In this document: one piece after another, positions 50,986 to 61,200 of the stretch | Position numbering within the stretch: position 1 is the first letter of the stretch | Layout: the number at the start of each line of letters is the position of its first letter | The notes under the pieces: model-generated | The model's input: only the letters and a program-made list of their open reading frames with translations | Told to the model about the DNA's origin: nothing | The model's database searches: none | From: an uncultured delta proteobacterium | GTDB taxonomy: Bacteria > Myxococcota_A > Polyangia > Polyangiales > Polyangiaceae | Assembly: GCA_963850305.1 (NCBI GenBank) | Contig: CAWKKR010000001.1 | Span: 889,823 to 953,822 of the forward strand | Reading direction: 5' to 3' | DNA length: 64,000 bases | Program-made: the position numbers and the translations under genes

Positions 50986-51467
50986 GGCCAGAACCACGCT
51001 TCCCGTCCGGCGCGGACGAGGGAGCCGTACTGATAGTCACCGCGGGCAATCGCACTTGCGCCGTGCCACTGCGACATGTCGGAGAGACCATGCGCCCGCT
51101 TCCGATCGAGCCGGTCGCCGGCACTCCGGCGTTCGTCCGGGGGCTCGCGATGGTTCGCGGAGCGCCGATTCCCGTCATCGAGCTCGGCGCGCTGCTCGGC
51201 GATGGCGTTCGTGGGCGGTTCAGTCGATTCATCACGTTGAAGACACGCGATCGGCGGCTCGCGATGGCGGTCGATGCCGTGGTCGGCACGATGGGCCTCG
51301 AACCGACGCACCTCGGCGCGCTCCCCACCTTGCTGCGCGACGCCGAAATCGATGCAGTGGAGGCCATCGGACGGCTCGACGCCGACCTCCTCGTGCTCCT
51401 TCGCGTCTCGCGCCTCGTTCCGGACGAAGTCTGGGCCGCGCTGGCGCCGAAAGACGCAAATCCTTGA
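50982..51467 (+). CDS. cheW: CheW adaptor protein (second copy, outside the che operon)
   Basis: ETMRPLPIEP..PAFVRGLAMVRGAPIPVI; TTG start coupled to the upstream stop. Confidence 0.87.
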   Translation: MRPEPRFPSGADEGAVLIVTAGNRTCAVPLRHVGETMRPLPIEPVAGTPAFVRGLAMVRGAPIPVIELGALLGDGVRGRFSRFITLKTRDRRLAMAVDAVVGTMGLEPTHLGALPTLLRDAEIDAVEAIGRLDADLLVLLRVSRLVPDEVWAALAPKDANP

Positions 51468-51536
51468 CGGTGGTCACGGGAGAGTCTCTAATTTTTCATT
51501 GATGGTCCTCATGGTTAGCTTACCCGGGTCGCGACG

Positions 51537-52709
51537 ATGACCGAGGGACCTCCGACGTCAGCGGGCGCGCGTCCACGCCTTCTGCTGGCGGACGACGAAG
51601 ACCCGTTGCGCCGCGCGATGGCGCGCGGGTTGAGCGCCGCGGGGTTCGACGTCTCCGAGGCCGCCGACGGCCGCCAGGCTGCGGAGCTCGTGGCAAACGC
51701 CTCGTTCGATGCGGTCGTCACCGATGTGTCGATGCCGGGCATGACCGGCATCGAACTCCTTCGTACGGTTCGCGAGCGGGACCTCGATTTGCCGGTGCTG
51801 CTCATCTCAGGTGCCCCTGACGTGGACTCGGCCGTGGAAGCGGTCCGCTATGGAGCCACGGACTATCTCGTCAAACCGGTCGAGATGAGCGTCCTCGATC
51901 GAAAGGTCCGACAAGCAGTTCGCCTGTATGAGCTTGCCAAAGCCAAAAGCGAAGCGCTACGGGCGATCAGCGGTAATGCCGGGACGCCAGGCGATCGCGT
52001 CGGGTTGGAGGTGATCTTCGGGCGAGCCATGGACTCGCTGTGGATCGCCTATCAGCCCATCGTCGAACTGTCTTCGGGTGTCGTGTTCGGGTACGAAGCG
52101 CTGCTCCGAAGTGCCGAGCCGGCGTTGCCGCATCCCGGCGCGGTGCTGGATGCAGCGGAGCGCCTGGGCCGGCTGGACGACATCGGACGAGCAGTACGAA
52201 GCAAGGCGCCGCAGCCAATGTCGGGCGCCCCCTCGAAGGTGCTGTTCGTCAACCTTCACGCTAGCGATCTCGACGACCAGACGCTGGCGGTCGAGGGGTC
52301 TCCGCTCGCGGCCATCGCTAGCCGGGTCGTCTTGGAAATTACGGAGCGCGCGTCCCTGGATCACGTGAAGGACGTCCGCGGTACGGTGGCGCAGCTTCGC
52401 GAAATGGGTTTTCGCTTTGCGGTCGACGACCTCGGCGCGGGCTACGCCGGTCTCACCAGCTTCGCGCAACTCGAACCCGAGTTCGTGAAGCTGGACATGA
52501 CGCTCGTTCGCGACATCCACAAGAATCCGGTCAAGCAAAAGCTCGTGCGATCCATGGCGGCGCTGTGCAAGGATATGGGCATCGTCGTGGTCGCCGAAGG
52601 GATCGAGGTGGTGGAGGAGCGAACGGCGGTCGCCGATCTCGGGTGTGATCTTGCACAGGGATTCTTGCTCGCGCGACCCGGAAAACCTTTCCCCGACATC
52701 GCGTGGTAG
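51537..52709 (+). CDS. Response regulator with EAL c-di-GMP phosphodiesterase domain
   Basis: REC TDVSMPG; YQPIV, YEALLR, EITE, DDLGAGYAG, KLD, EGIE, QGF motifs. Confidence 0.94.
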   Translation: MTEGPPTSAGARPRLLLADDEDPLRRAMARGLSAAGFDVSEAADGRQAAELVANASFDAVVTDVSMPGMTGIELLRTVRERDLDLPVLLISGAPDVDSAVEAVRYGATDYLVKPVEMSVLDRKVRQAVRLYELAKAKSEALRAISGNAGTPGDRVGLEVIFGRAMDSLWIAYQPIVELSSGVVFGYEALLRSAEPALPHPGAVLDAAERLGRLDDIGRAVRSKAPQPMSGAPSKVLFVNLHASDLDDQTLAVEGSPLAAIASRVVLEITERASLDHVKDVRGTVAQLREMGFRFAVDDLGAGYAGLTSFAQLEPEFVKLDMTLVRDIHKNPVKQKLVRSMAALCKDMGIVVVAEGIEVVEERTAVADLGCDLAQGFLLARPGKPFPDIAW

Positions 52710-52721
52710 GTCGCGCAATCA

Positions 52722-54059
52722 ATGCAAGAGGAGCTCGGAAGCGGAGACGAGCGGTTTCAAGTCGGCGCCGTCTGGGGCGGGCGCTATTTGCTCAAACGCC
52801 TTCTTGGGAGCGGCGGTGCCGCCACGGTGTTCGCGGCCGAACACGTCTTCGTCAAACGTCCGGTGGCGCTGAAGTTGCCGCACGTCGACGTGCCCGAGGC
52901 GAGCGCCGGGTTCGCGCGCCTGCGACGCGAGATGGAGACTCTCGCCCGCATTCGTCACCCGGGCGTCGTCGATATCGTGGACGGAGGCGACGTCGATGGA
53001 ATCCCCTTCATCGCGATGCATTTGCTGGACGGACGCAGCTTGTCCGGTCTGATCGCCGCCCGTGGACGCCTCGACGCGGACGAGGTCACCAAGATCGGCG
53101 CCGAGCTTGCCTGGACGATGACGGCCGTGCACGAATCTGGAGTGCTCCATCGCGACATCAAGCCGGCCAACGTCTTGATTTCTGCGGACCCGAGGAATCA
53201 ATCCAGGCTTCTGGACTTCGGAACGGCAAAGATAATCGGCCAGGGCCTGCTGCCCTCGAGAAAGCTCACGCTCGACGGGGCGTTGCTCGGCACGCTCGAG
53301 TACATGGCGCCGGAGTCGATTCTATCGCCTGCGGAGGCCGACCATCGCGCGGACATCTACGCGTTGGGGGTGACGCTCTTCGAATGTCTCACGGGTGTCG
53401 TCCCGTTCGAGGGTTCCATCGGGCAGATCCTGCTCCGCTTTTCCGCGGCCGAGTGGCCATCCCTGCACGCCCTCCGGCCTGATCTCCCTCCGCGCCTGAC
53501 GAAGGCGATCGATCGAAGCTTTCAGCGAAATGCTTCCGATCGCCAGCCGACGATGGCGGAACTTGCGGCCGAATTGTCGGCCTGCGCACCGAAGGACGCC
53601 GAGGCGCTCGACGTGCTGAACGGACGCCTTCGGACCAAGGCCCCGGCGCGAGCGGAGGATCCTCACACGGCACCACCCGCCGCGGACATCGCGTCCAAGC
53701 GAGAGCACGCCCGGGCACCTTACGTCGCGCTCGCGCTCATCCTGGTCGAAGGCGGAACTCCGAGCTACGGGCGCGTGGAGGATCTATCCGAAGGTGGCGC
53801 TCTCATCGTAGGGAACGGGATGCCAGGTGTGGGCGCCACGTCGCGCATCCGATTTGCGCTCCCCGTTTCGGGACGGGTCGTCGAATTGGATGGGCGGACA
53901 CGCTGGAGCCGAAGTACGCGAGGCGTGCGCGTCACGGGGTTCGAATTTGCCGATCTCCCCGGGGAGGCGCGTGCGGAAATTCGGGAATACGTCGTCAACG
54001 CGCAGAAACAGGGGGGTTCGACGCGCAACCGCATGCGAGCGACGAACGGCGAGACTTGA
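52722..54059 (+). CDS. Cytoplasmic Ser/Thr kinase with C-terminal PilZ domain
   Basis: GSGGAATV, HRDIKPAN, DFG, YMAPE; PilZ motifs REHAR (RxxxR) and DLSEGG (DxSxxG). Confidence 0.9.
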   Translation: MQEELGSGDERFQVGAVWGGRYLLKRLLGSGGAATVFAAEHVFVKRPVALKLPHVDVPEASAGFARLRREMETLARIRHPGVVDIVDGGDVDGIPFIAMHLLDGRSLSGLIAARGRLDADEVTKIGAELAWTMTAVHESGVLHRDIKPANVLISADPRNQSRLLDFGTAKIIGQGLLPSRKLTLDGALLGTLEYMAPESILSPAEADHRADIYALGVTLFECLTGVVPFEGSIGQILLRFSAAEWPSLHALRPDLPPRLTKAIDRSFQRNASDRQPTMAELAAELSACAPKDAEALDVLNGRLRTKAPARAEDPHTAPPAADIASKREHARAPYVALALILVEGGTPSYGRVEDLSEGGALIVGNGMPGVGATSRIRFALPVSGRVVELDGRTRWSRSTRGVRVTGFEFADLPGEARAEIREYVVNAQKQGGSTRNRMRATNGET

Positions 54060-54070
54060 CCCTGGTTCGC

Positions 54071-56071
54071 TCAACGAATCCGCTTCAGAAACGTCGCGTT
54101 CCCGGTCGTCGAATGACCGCGCTCGGCTAGCGCGAACGGCGCGTCGACCTCGACGATGCCGAATTTTCCCGTGGTCAGGAGCTCGGTAACCTTGCGTCGC
54201 TCGTCGCCGATGAAATCGGCGCGCTCGGACGGAAACAGTAGATAGTTGGCATCGTAAACGCCAAGGGTCATCGCATAAGCGTCCGCACGGCTCGACACCT
54301 GCGGCGTGGTGAACGCCGAGCACGACACCTTCGCATCGGGCGGCAGATGCCTGACCACCGCGTCCAAAGCGTGGCGTCGCCTGCGGTCCTCTCGAGTCAC
54401 GCCGAAGGTGTACGGAATGGGTCCACCGAAGGACGTATGGTGTTGAAGCACCGCGCCATACTGAAAGCTGCACGCGACGGTCGTGAGCGCGATCGCGCCG
54501 AGGCTCGCCGCGCGTCGGACGCGATCCTCGACGGCAAGTACCAGCACGAGCGCGACGAACAGGAACGTCGTGAAATGCACGTTGTACTGGTAATGGAGCG
54601 AGATCGTCGGTCCGTAACCGGTGGTGAGCAGCGTGAAGAAGAAGCCCGGCAGGACGAACAGGAGCGCGAGCGGTCGTCTGAGCGGAACGAAGGCCAGGGG
54701 GACGACCATCTGAAGCGCATATATGAGCTTCCCTTCGTCGAGCAGCGTGTCTGCGGTGAACCATGGGTTCGCGAGCACCGTCTTGAGGACGCCGCCGAAC
54801 GTCCTGTCGCCGGGTGGGAGGAGTTTCGCGTAGATGAAGGTGAAGCTCTCGCCGTTCGAGAAGCGCGGCATGATGAACATCTTCAGCGCGACGAAATACG
54901 AGAGACTGACGGCGGTGAGCGCCAAACCCACGCGTGGTCGCTTTCCGGTCACGAGCAAGTAAACGCCCCAGATGGCGAGCGACGCGGAAACGTCCTCACG
55001 GATCGACAGCGTCAGGAGGATGGAAACGATGGCGAGCCGATCTCTCTTCGACTCGAGCGCGTAGAGCGTCAGCCACAAGAAGAACGTCGAGAGCGGCTGG
55101 TAATGAAACTCGTAGAGATTCACCCCATGAACGGCGGGACACAGCAGATATACGAGGGCCACGAAGCACGACACGCCACGACTCAGATGGAGCCGCGCGA
55201 ACAGATACAATGGGATCGCCGCGAGCCCGAGCATCGCCGATTGAATGACGAGGAGGGTTTCGGGGCGTTGAGCGAACGCGTAGATGGGCGCGATCACGTA
55301 AGCAAAGAGCGTTGCATGATTGCCGAAGTGCGAGCCCTTTGGCCCGATGAACGGCGACGACTTCATGAACTCGCCCCCGTGGAGAATGTTCCAGAGGAGA
55401 TTGTTCTCGAGCGCCAGGTCCCAGCCCGAGCGGACGCCCCAGTGCCAGGCGATGGTGTAGTAGCTGAAGTAGGCCGTGTACCCGAGCGCCGCGACGGACA
55501 CGAGGACGAGGGGCAATCGATGCGACAACTTCGGAAGTCGGATCGCCAGGGCGGTGGTCACTCGGGCGACGCGCGACCGCACCCACTTCTCCGGAGCGAA
55601 CGGGCCGACTTCGATCGCAGCGCGCAGGCCGCGCTCGAAACAGATCCCGGCGAGCCCGACGAGAAACAGGAAGACCAGATCGCGGTCCTTCCAGACCGAC
55701 CACTGGAAGAGCAGAGGCAGGAAGCCGAGCACCCCGAGCGGTGACAGGCGGTGTGCGAGGTGGCGTATGGCCCCGGAAAAAGACGAGGCTCGGCGACGCC
55801 GCCAGGCGACGAACACCCCGAGGGTGTTCAGCGCGAGCAGAGTCCCGAAACCCATTGCGAGCACGAACGTTCGGAGGTCCGGCCGCATCCGGTTCTGGGT
55901 CAGATACGGGGCAAAACTGTCCTTCAGCAGCACGAGGCCGAGGCCGATTCCCGACGAGAATCCGACGCCGGATAGAATGAGCAGCGCACGGCAGACCACC
56001 GTCAGAGCCGGTATCTGGGCGGTCCGCACGACCTCCGGATCGCCGCGCAACGCGGCCTCGTGACTCACCAT
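54071..56071 (-). CDS. DUF2079 membrane protein, paralogue 2
   Basis: WDLALENN, HFGNH, NLYEFHY and SIREDV motifs; collinear with 36943..38943; start approximate. Confidence 0.85.
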   Translation of the reverse strand: MVSHEAALRGDPEVVRTAQIPALTVVCRALLILSGVGFSSGIGLGLVLLKDSFAPYLTQNRMRPDLRTFVLAMGFGTLLALNTLGVFVAWRRRRASSFSGAIRHLAHRLSPLGVLGFLPLLFQWSVWKDRDLVFLFLVGLAGICFERGLRAAIEVGPFAPEKWVRSRVARVTTALAIRLPKLSHRLPLVLVSVAALGYTAYFSYYTIAWHWGVRSGWDLALENNLLWNILHGGEFMKSSPFIGPKGSHFGNHATLFAYVIAPIYAFAQRPETLLVIQSAMLGLAAIPLYLFARLHLSRGVSCFVALVYLLCPAVHGVNLYEFHYQPLSTFFLWLTLYALESKRDRLAIVSILLTLSIREDVSASLAIWGVYLLVTGKRPRVGLALTAVSLSYFVALKMFIMPRFSNGESFTFIYAKLLPPGDRTFGGVLKTVLANPWFTADTLLDEGKLIYALQMVVPLAFVPLRRPLALLFVLPGFFFTLLTTGYGPTISLHYQYNVHFTTFLFVALVLVLAVEDRVRRAASLGAIALTTVACSFQYGAVLQHHTSFGGPIPYTFGVTREDRRRRHALDAVVRHLPPDAKVSCSAFTTPQVSSRADAYAMTLGVYDANYLLFPSERADFIGDERRKVTELLTTGKFGIVEVDAPFALAERGHSTTGNATFLKRIR

Positions 56072-56156
56072 CGTCCGGGCGGGAGCTTTGGCAAAAGTTC
56101 CGACCCGTGTAAAGGCTTCAGGGCGCCAACCCGCGGTCCGAGCGGAACGGATGAAA

Positions 56157-56528
56157 TCAGCCGCGCTCGCCTTCCCGTTCCCAAAAGCGATGAAGCGCGG
56201 CCTTGAGGCGGGGATAGAGGAGAGCAACGACCTGTTCTTCGCCCTCCCCTTCAGCCACGGTCATGAGCTCGGCACCGACGTCGCGGGCGAGCGCCTGGAA
56301 CTCCTCCGGATCGAACGCGAGCACTTCCTCACTCAGGACGATCGCGAAGGGATGAAAGCGCGCGACGCTCGTCGCCGCGCCTTTGACGTCCGACACTTCG
56401 ATGCGCGGCACTTCGTCGAGATACGGCATGAGCCGCCCGCAGACGTCACGAAGAATCCCCGTTGGGCCGATCAGCACGACGACCGGCACGGGACGGCTCG
56501 GCAATGTCGAGTCAGGGCGGCGCGCCAT
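56157..56528 (-). CDS. Hypothetical protein (possibly degenerate receiver-like fold)
   Basis: Protein-like 123-aa ORF with alternating beta/alpha pattern. Confidence 0.6.
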   Translation of the reverse strand: MARRPDSTLPSRPVPVVVLIGPTGILRDVCGRLMPYLDEVPRIEVSDVKGAATSVARFHPFAIVLSEEVLAFDPEEFQALARDVGAELMTVAEGEGEEQVVALLYPRLKAALHRFWEREGERG

Positions 56529-56596
56529 CGGACATCCATTCTGACGCCATCACGGGCGGCCCGGAACCATGGAACGACGGACGAGACGGGACGGGA

Positions 56597-58174
56597 CTAT
56601 TTCCGCGACCCGCGTCGCCTGCGTACTTGGCCCAGCGCGAGCAGAGCCCCGAGGAAAACGGCGGCGCTGCCCGGGTCACTCCGCTTCGACGTACGACACC
56701 CACACCCCAGGGGCGCGCCCGAGGTACCGGCGCCGCCGCCTCTAGCACCCGAACCGACGCCGGTGCCCGCATCGGCGTCGCGCACGGTTCCGCCCGACCC
56801 GCTCGTGCCGAAGCTCGCGCCAAAGCCGGAGAGGGCGCCGCCGATACTGCTCGCGCCGCTGCCCCCTGCCCCGGCGTCCGGTGACGGGATGCAGGCGCCA
56901 TTCGTACAGACCTGCCCTTCGGGACACACCGCGTTCGTACAAGGGTCGACGCACGTTCCGGCAACGCATTGCTCGATGCCCGAGCAGGTCACCCCGACGC
57001 AAGCCGGGTCGATGCAGAGCTCGGTCGTCGGATCGCACGCGGTGCCGGCGGCACACGGATTACAGCCGCACCCTGGAACACAGACTCCGTCGGAGCAAAC
57101 CGACCCTACCTGGCACTCGACCCCCTCGCACGGGTAGACGCACGCGCCAACGCGACAGACCGACGGAAGCGGGCACGCGATCCCGTCGCAAGGGGCTTTG
57201 CAGGTTCCGCCGACGCAGACGCTGCCGGCGGCACAGAGCACGTTCTGACACGGCGGATCGACGCAGAAGCCGTCGGAGTTACAGACCGTGTCGCCGGCGC
57301 AGGAAAACTCACTGGAGTTGCACTGCTGGACACACTTCCCGCGATCGCAGACGAACCCAGGGTCGCACAGGTCGCCTTCGTCCGTCTGGCCGTTGCAATC
57401 GTCGTCCACGCCGTTGCACTTCTCTTCGCTCGGCGTCGCGATGGGCTGACACGTGAGACCGGTCGCCGAGCAGACGTTCAATCCGGCGGCGCAGAGACCC
57501 GGCTGCCCCGTCGAGCACGGGGTACCCCCGCCGTCACACGTCAGCCCCTGGAAAAAAAACACGTCGTCGTTGAAGTCACCGTCGTTGCCAAAGCTGAATG
57601 CCGAAACGTTGCCGTCCTCGAACGCCAGATAATACGCATCGGGCGTCGTCTTGGAGGCATACGTGACCGAGAGAATCCAGGGCCCTGGCGTCGAGCAGAG
57701 TACGCACGCGACGTTCCATTTCTGCTCCGAATAGTGAATCTGCGAGCTGGTCACGAGCGCAAAACCGACGAGGCCGCCTGCATAGGCGGGGTCACCCTTG
57801 ATTGTCGATGACGTCACGACGGTCCCGACGGCGGCGCCCGCGGGGACGACGATATGTATGTCCGCGGCGGCAGGTGCGGTCGTGGCGTTCGGGTCCACGT
57901 TGTACCAGCCGACGCCGCTGTTGCCGCCCGCCTGATGAAGCACGAACGTCGCGCTGAAGTTGCAGAGCGGAGAGAACGTCGCGGGAGTCGTGTGCGCGTC
58001 CGCGAGCCAATCGACCGGATCGTTCCGGCTCTGGAAAAACGTATAGAGTTGCTCTTCGCCGTTCATCGAGTCCTTCGGAACCTGCGAACCGTCGGGCTCG
58101 TTCGTCACGGCCAGAGCAGTTCCCGTCACGAGAGACGCGAGGAACAGCTGCCGGAGGAATAGGCCAGGGCGCAC
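56597..58174 (-). CDS. MYXO-CTERM surface protein with DUF4114-like domain and Cys-rich repeats
   Basis: Signal peptide; FEDG...NDGDFNDDVF; EKCNGVDDDCNGQTDE; C-terminal GCGC + hydrophobic segment + RRRR. Confidence 0.88.
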   Translation of the reverse strand: MRPGLFLRQLFLASLVTGTALAVTNEPDGSQVPKDSMNGEEQLYTFFQSRNDPVDWLADAHTTPATFSPLCNFSATFVLHQAGGNSGVGWYNVDPNATTAPAAADIHIVVPAGAAVGTVVTSSTIKGDPAYAGGLVGFALVTSSQIHYSEQKWNVACVLCSTPGPWILSVTYASKTTPDAYYLAFEDGNVSAFSFGNDGDFNDDVFFFQGLTCDGGGTPCSTGQPGLCAAGLNVCSATGLTCQPIATPSEEKCNGVDDDCNGQTDEGDLCDPGFVCDRGKCVQQCNSSEFSCAGDTVCNSDGFCVDPPCQNVLCAAGSVCVGGTCKAPCDGIACPLPSVCRVGACVYPCEGVECQVGSVCSDGVCVPGCGCNPCAAGTACDPTTELCIDPACVGVTCSGIEQCVAGTCVDPCTNAVCPEGQVCTNGACIPSPDAGAGGSGASSIGGALSGFGASFGTSGSGGTVRDADAGTGVGSGARGGGAGTSGAPLGCGCRTSKRSDPGSAAVFLGALLALGQVRRRRGSRK

Positions 58175-58279
58175 ATGGAACGTTTACCGCGACTTTCGAT
58201 CCGCAGGCACATGCAAAGCGCCCGCAGAGGATGTCGGCTCTGCACCCACCCAGGCGTCGACTGGCGACGACGAACCGCG

Positions 58280-61200
58280 TCACCGACTGGCGAGCAGGGG
58301 CGCGCCTGGGTGCGAACGCTGGCGCTCATCCGCGTGGGAGCGCTTCTTCCGGGTGAACCGATCCATGGACAGATAGACGATGGGGGTCGTGAACAACGTC
58401 AACATCTGCGAGACGAGGAGCCCGCCGACGATGGTGATACCGAGGGGCTGGCGGAACTCCGACCCCATGCCGGTGCCGAAGGCGAGTGGTACCGCCCCGA
58501 GGAGCGCGGCGCAGGTCGTCATGAGAATCGGCCGGAAGCGCTGGAGACACGCCGTCCGGATGGCCTCGAGGGGTGAGGCGCCATGATCGCGCTCTTCTTC
58601 GATTGCGAAGTCGATCATCATGATCGCGTTCTTCTTCACGATTCCGATGAGCAAGATTATTCCGATGAGCGCGATGATGCTGAGCTCGACCTTGAAGAGC
58701 AAGAGCGCCAGCAACGCGCCCACGCCTGCGGACGGCAGGGTGGACAAGATGGTGATCGGGTGGACGTAGCTCTCGTAGAGCATGCCGAGCACGATATAGA
58801 CGGCCAGGATCGCCGAGAGGATCAGCATCGGCTGACTGGATAGGGAGTCCTTGAAAGCCTGCGCCGTCCCCTGAAACGCCGCGTGAATGCTCGCCGGCAT
58901 GCCGATCTGTCGTTCGGCGCGATGAACGGCGTCCACCGCGGGCCCGAGTGCCATGCCCGGCGCGAGGTTGAACGACAAGGTCACCGACGGAAACTGTCCT
59001 TGATGATTGATGGCGAGCGGCGCGGTCGTGACCGATTGCGTCGCGATCGCCCGGAGGGGGACCTGCGCCCCCGTGGGCGTCCCGACGTACAGATCGTCGA
59101 GCTCCTCGGGCCCGCGCGAGAACTCCGGCTTCACCTCGAGAACGACGTGGTACTGGTTGATCTCGGTGAAGGTCGTGGCCACCTGGCGCTGACCGTAAGC
59201 GTCGTAAAGGACATTGTCGAAAGCCTGCGGCGTGATGCCGAGGCGTGACGCGGTATCGCGATCGAGTGCCAGAGACAGCGTCAGTCCCGCCGTCTGCTGA
59301 TCCGACGCCACATCCTTGAGCTCGGGGACCGTCCGCAATTTCTGGAGCACGCGGGGCGCCCACGTTCTGAGCTCGTCCAGGTCGGCGTCCTGAAGGGTGT
59401 ACTGATACTGAGTGCGAGACGACCGACCGCCGACCCGGACGTCCTGGACCGATTGCAAGAAGAGACGGATCCCCGCCACCTTGGCGAGTTTGGGTCGAAG
59501 GCGATTGATGATTTCGTCCGGAGAAGCCTTCCGCGGAGGCTTCGGCGCGAGGTCGACGAACACGGTACCGTTGTTCCCCGTGGATCCGTGCGACGCTCCG
59601 ATGAAGGAGACAACGTGCGCGACGTCGGGATCGGACTTCACGACGGCATTCAACGCCATCTGCCGCTGTTTCATGGCCCGGAACGAGATGTCCTGAGGGG
59701 CGTCGGAAAAGCCGGCGATGACTCCCGTGTCCTCCTGCGGGAACAGGCCCTTCGGCACCGTGGCAAACAGAAACACGGACAGCCCGATCGTCCCGAGGGT
59801 GAGCCCGAGCGTGAATTTCCGATGCCGCAGCACCCAGTCGAGGGCGCGCTGGTATCCACGGAGAACCGCGGAGAAGCCTCGCTCGGACAGCTCGTAGAGA
59901 CGGCCGTGTCGTTCGCCGCGCGCCGTCAGGAGACGAGAGCACATCATCGGCGTCAGCGTGAGCGAGACGACGGCGGAGATTACGATCGCGATGCTGAGCG
60001 TGACGGCGAACTCGCGGAACAGTCGTCCGACGATGCCGCCCATCAGCAGGATCGGAATGAACACTGCGACGAGCGACAGCGTGATCGACACGATCGTGAA
60101 GCCGATCTGCTTCGCGCCCGCGAGCGCGGCCTCCATCGGCTTGAGGCCCCGCTCGATGTATCGCGTCACGTTTTCGGTGACGACGATCGCGTCATCCACG
60201 ACGAAGCCCGTCGAGATCGTGAGCGCCATCAGCGACAGATTGTCGATGCTGTACCCGAACAGGTACATGAGCCCGAACGTGCCGAGAAGCGACAGAGGCA
60301 CCGCGATGCTCGGAATTGCCGTGGCGCGCGCGGTACGCAGAAAGACGAACACCACTCCGATCACGAGGAGCACGCTGAGAACGAGGGCGTGTTCGACCTC
60401 GTGAACGGAGCCGCGGATGGTCTCCGTGCGATCCAGCGCTATCTCCATCTTGATCGCCGGCGGCACCGAGCTCATGAGCGACGGCAGCAGGGCCCGGATG
60501 CGTTCGTTGGTCTCGATGATGTTCGCGCCGGGTTGGCGCCGGATGATCGCGAGCACGCAGCGCTTTCCATTCATCCACGCCGCCAGGCGGTCGTCCTCCA
60601 CATCGTCGAAGACCTTGGCGACATCGGAGAGCCGGACCGGCGCCCCATCGCGATACGCGACGATCACGGGTTTGTACTTTGCGGCGTCGAAGAGCTGGTC
60701 GTTCGCGCGGACGACGACGGTCTCCGTCGGCCCCGTGAACGCACCCTTCGGCGAGTCGACGGTCGTCGCGGCGAGCGCGTTCCGGACGTCCTCGAGCCCG
60801 ATGCCACGACCCGCGAGGGCGCGCGGGTCCACCTGAACCCGCACCGCCGGCTGCTGCCCCCCGCCGATGTAGACCTGTCCGACGCCTCGAACCTGAGAGA
60901 TCTTCTGAGCGAGGACCGTGTTCGCCGCTTCGTAAACCTGGGCGAGCGGCAAGGCGTCCGAGGTCAACGACAGGATCAGGATGGGCGAATCCGCTGGATT
61001 CACCTTTCGATACGTCGGGCGAAGCGGCAAGTCCGGGGGTAACTCACCGCCCGCGGCGGCGATGGCTGCCTGAACGTCGCGAGCTGCCGCGTCCACGTCT
61101 CGATCGAGATCGAACTGAAGCGTGATGGAGGTCGCGCCGAGCGTGCTCGCGGACGTGATCTCCGAGATGCCCGCGATGCGGCCGAAGCGGCGCTCGAGCG

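Noticed and set aside
38944..54070. Target-site duplication at the edges of the signalling block
   Set aside because: Only a 6-bp TGACCC match at both ends, which is expected by chance; no mobility genes
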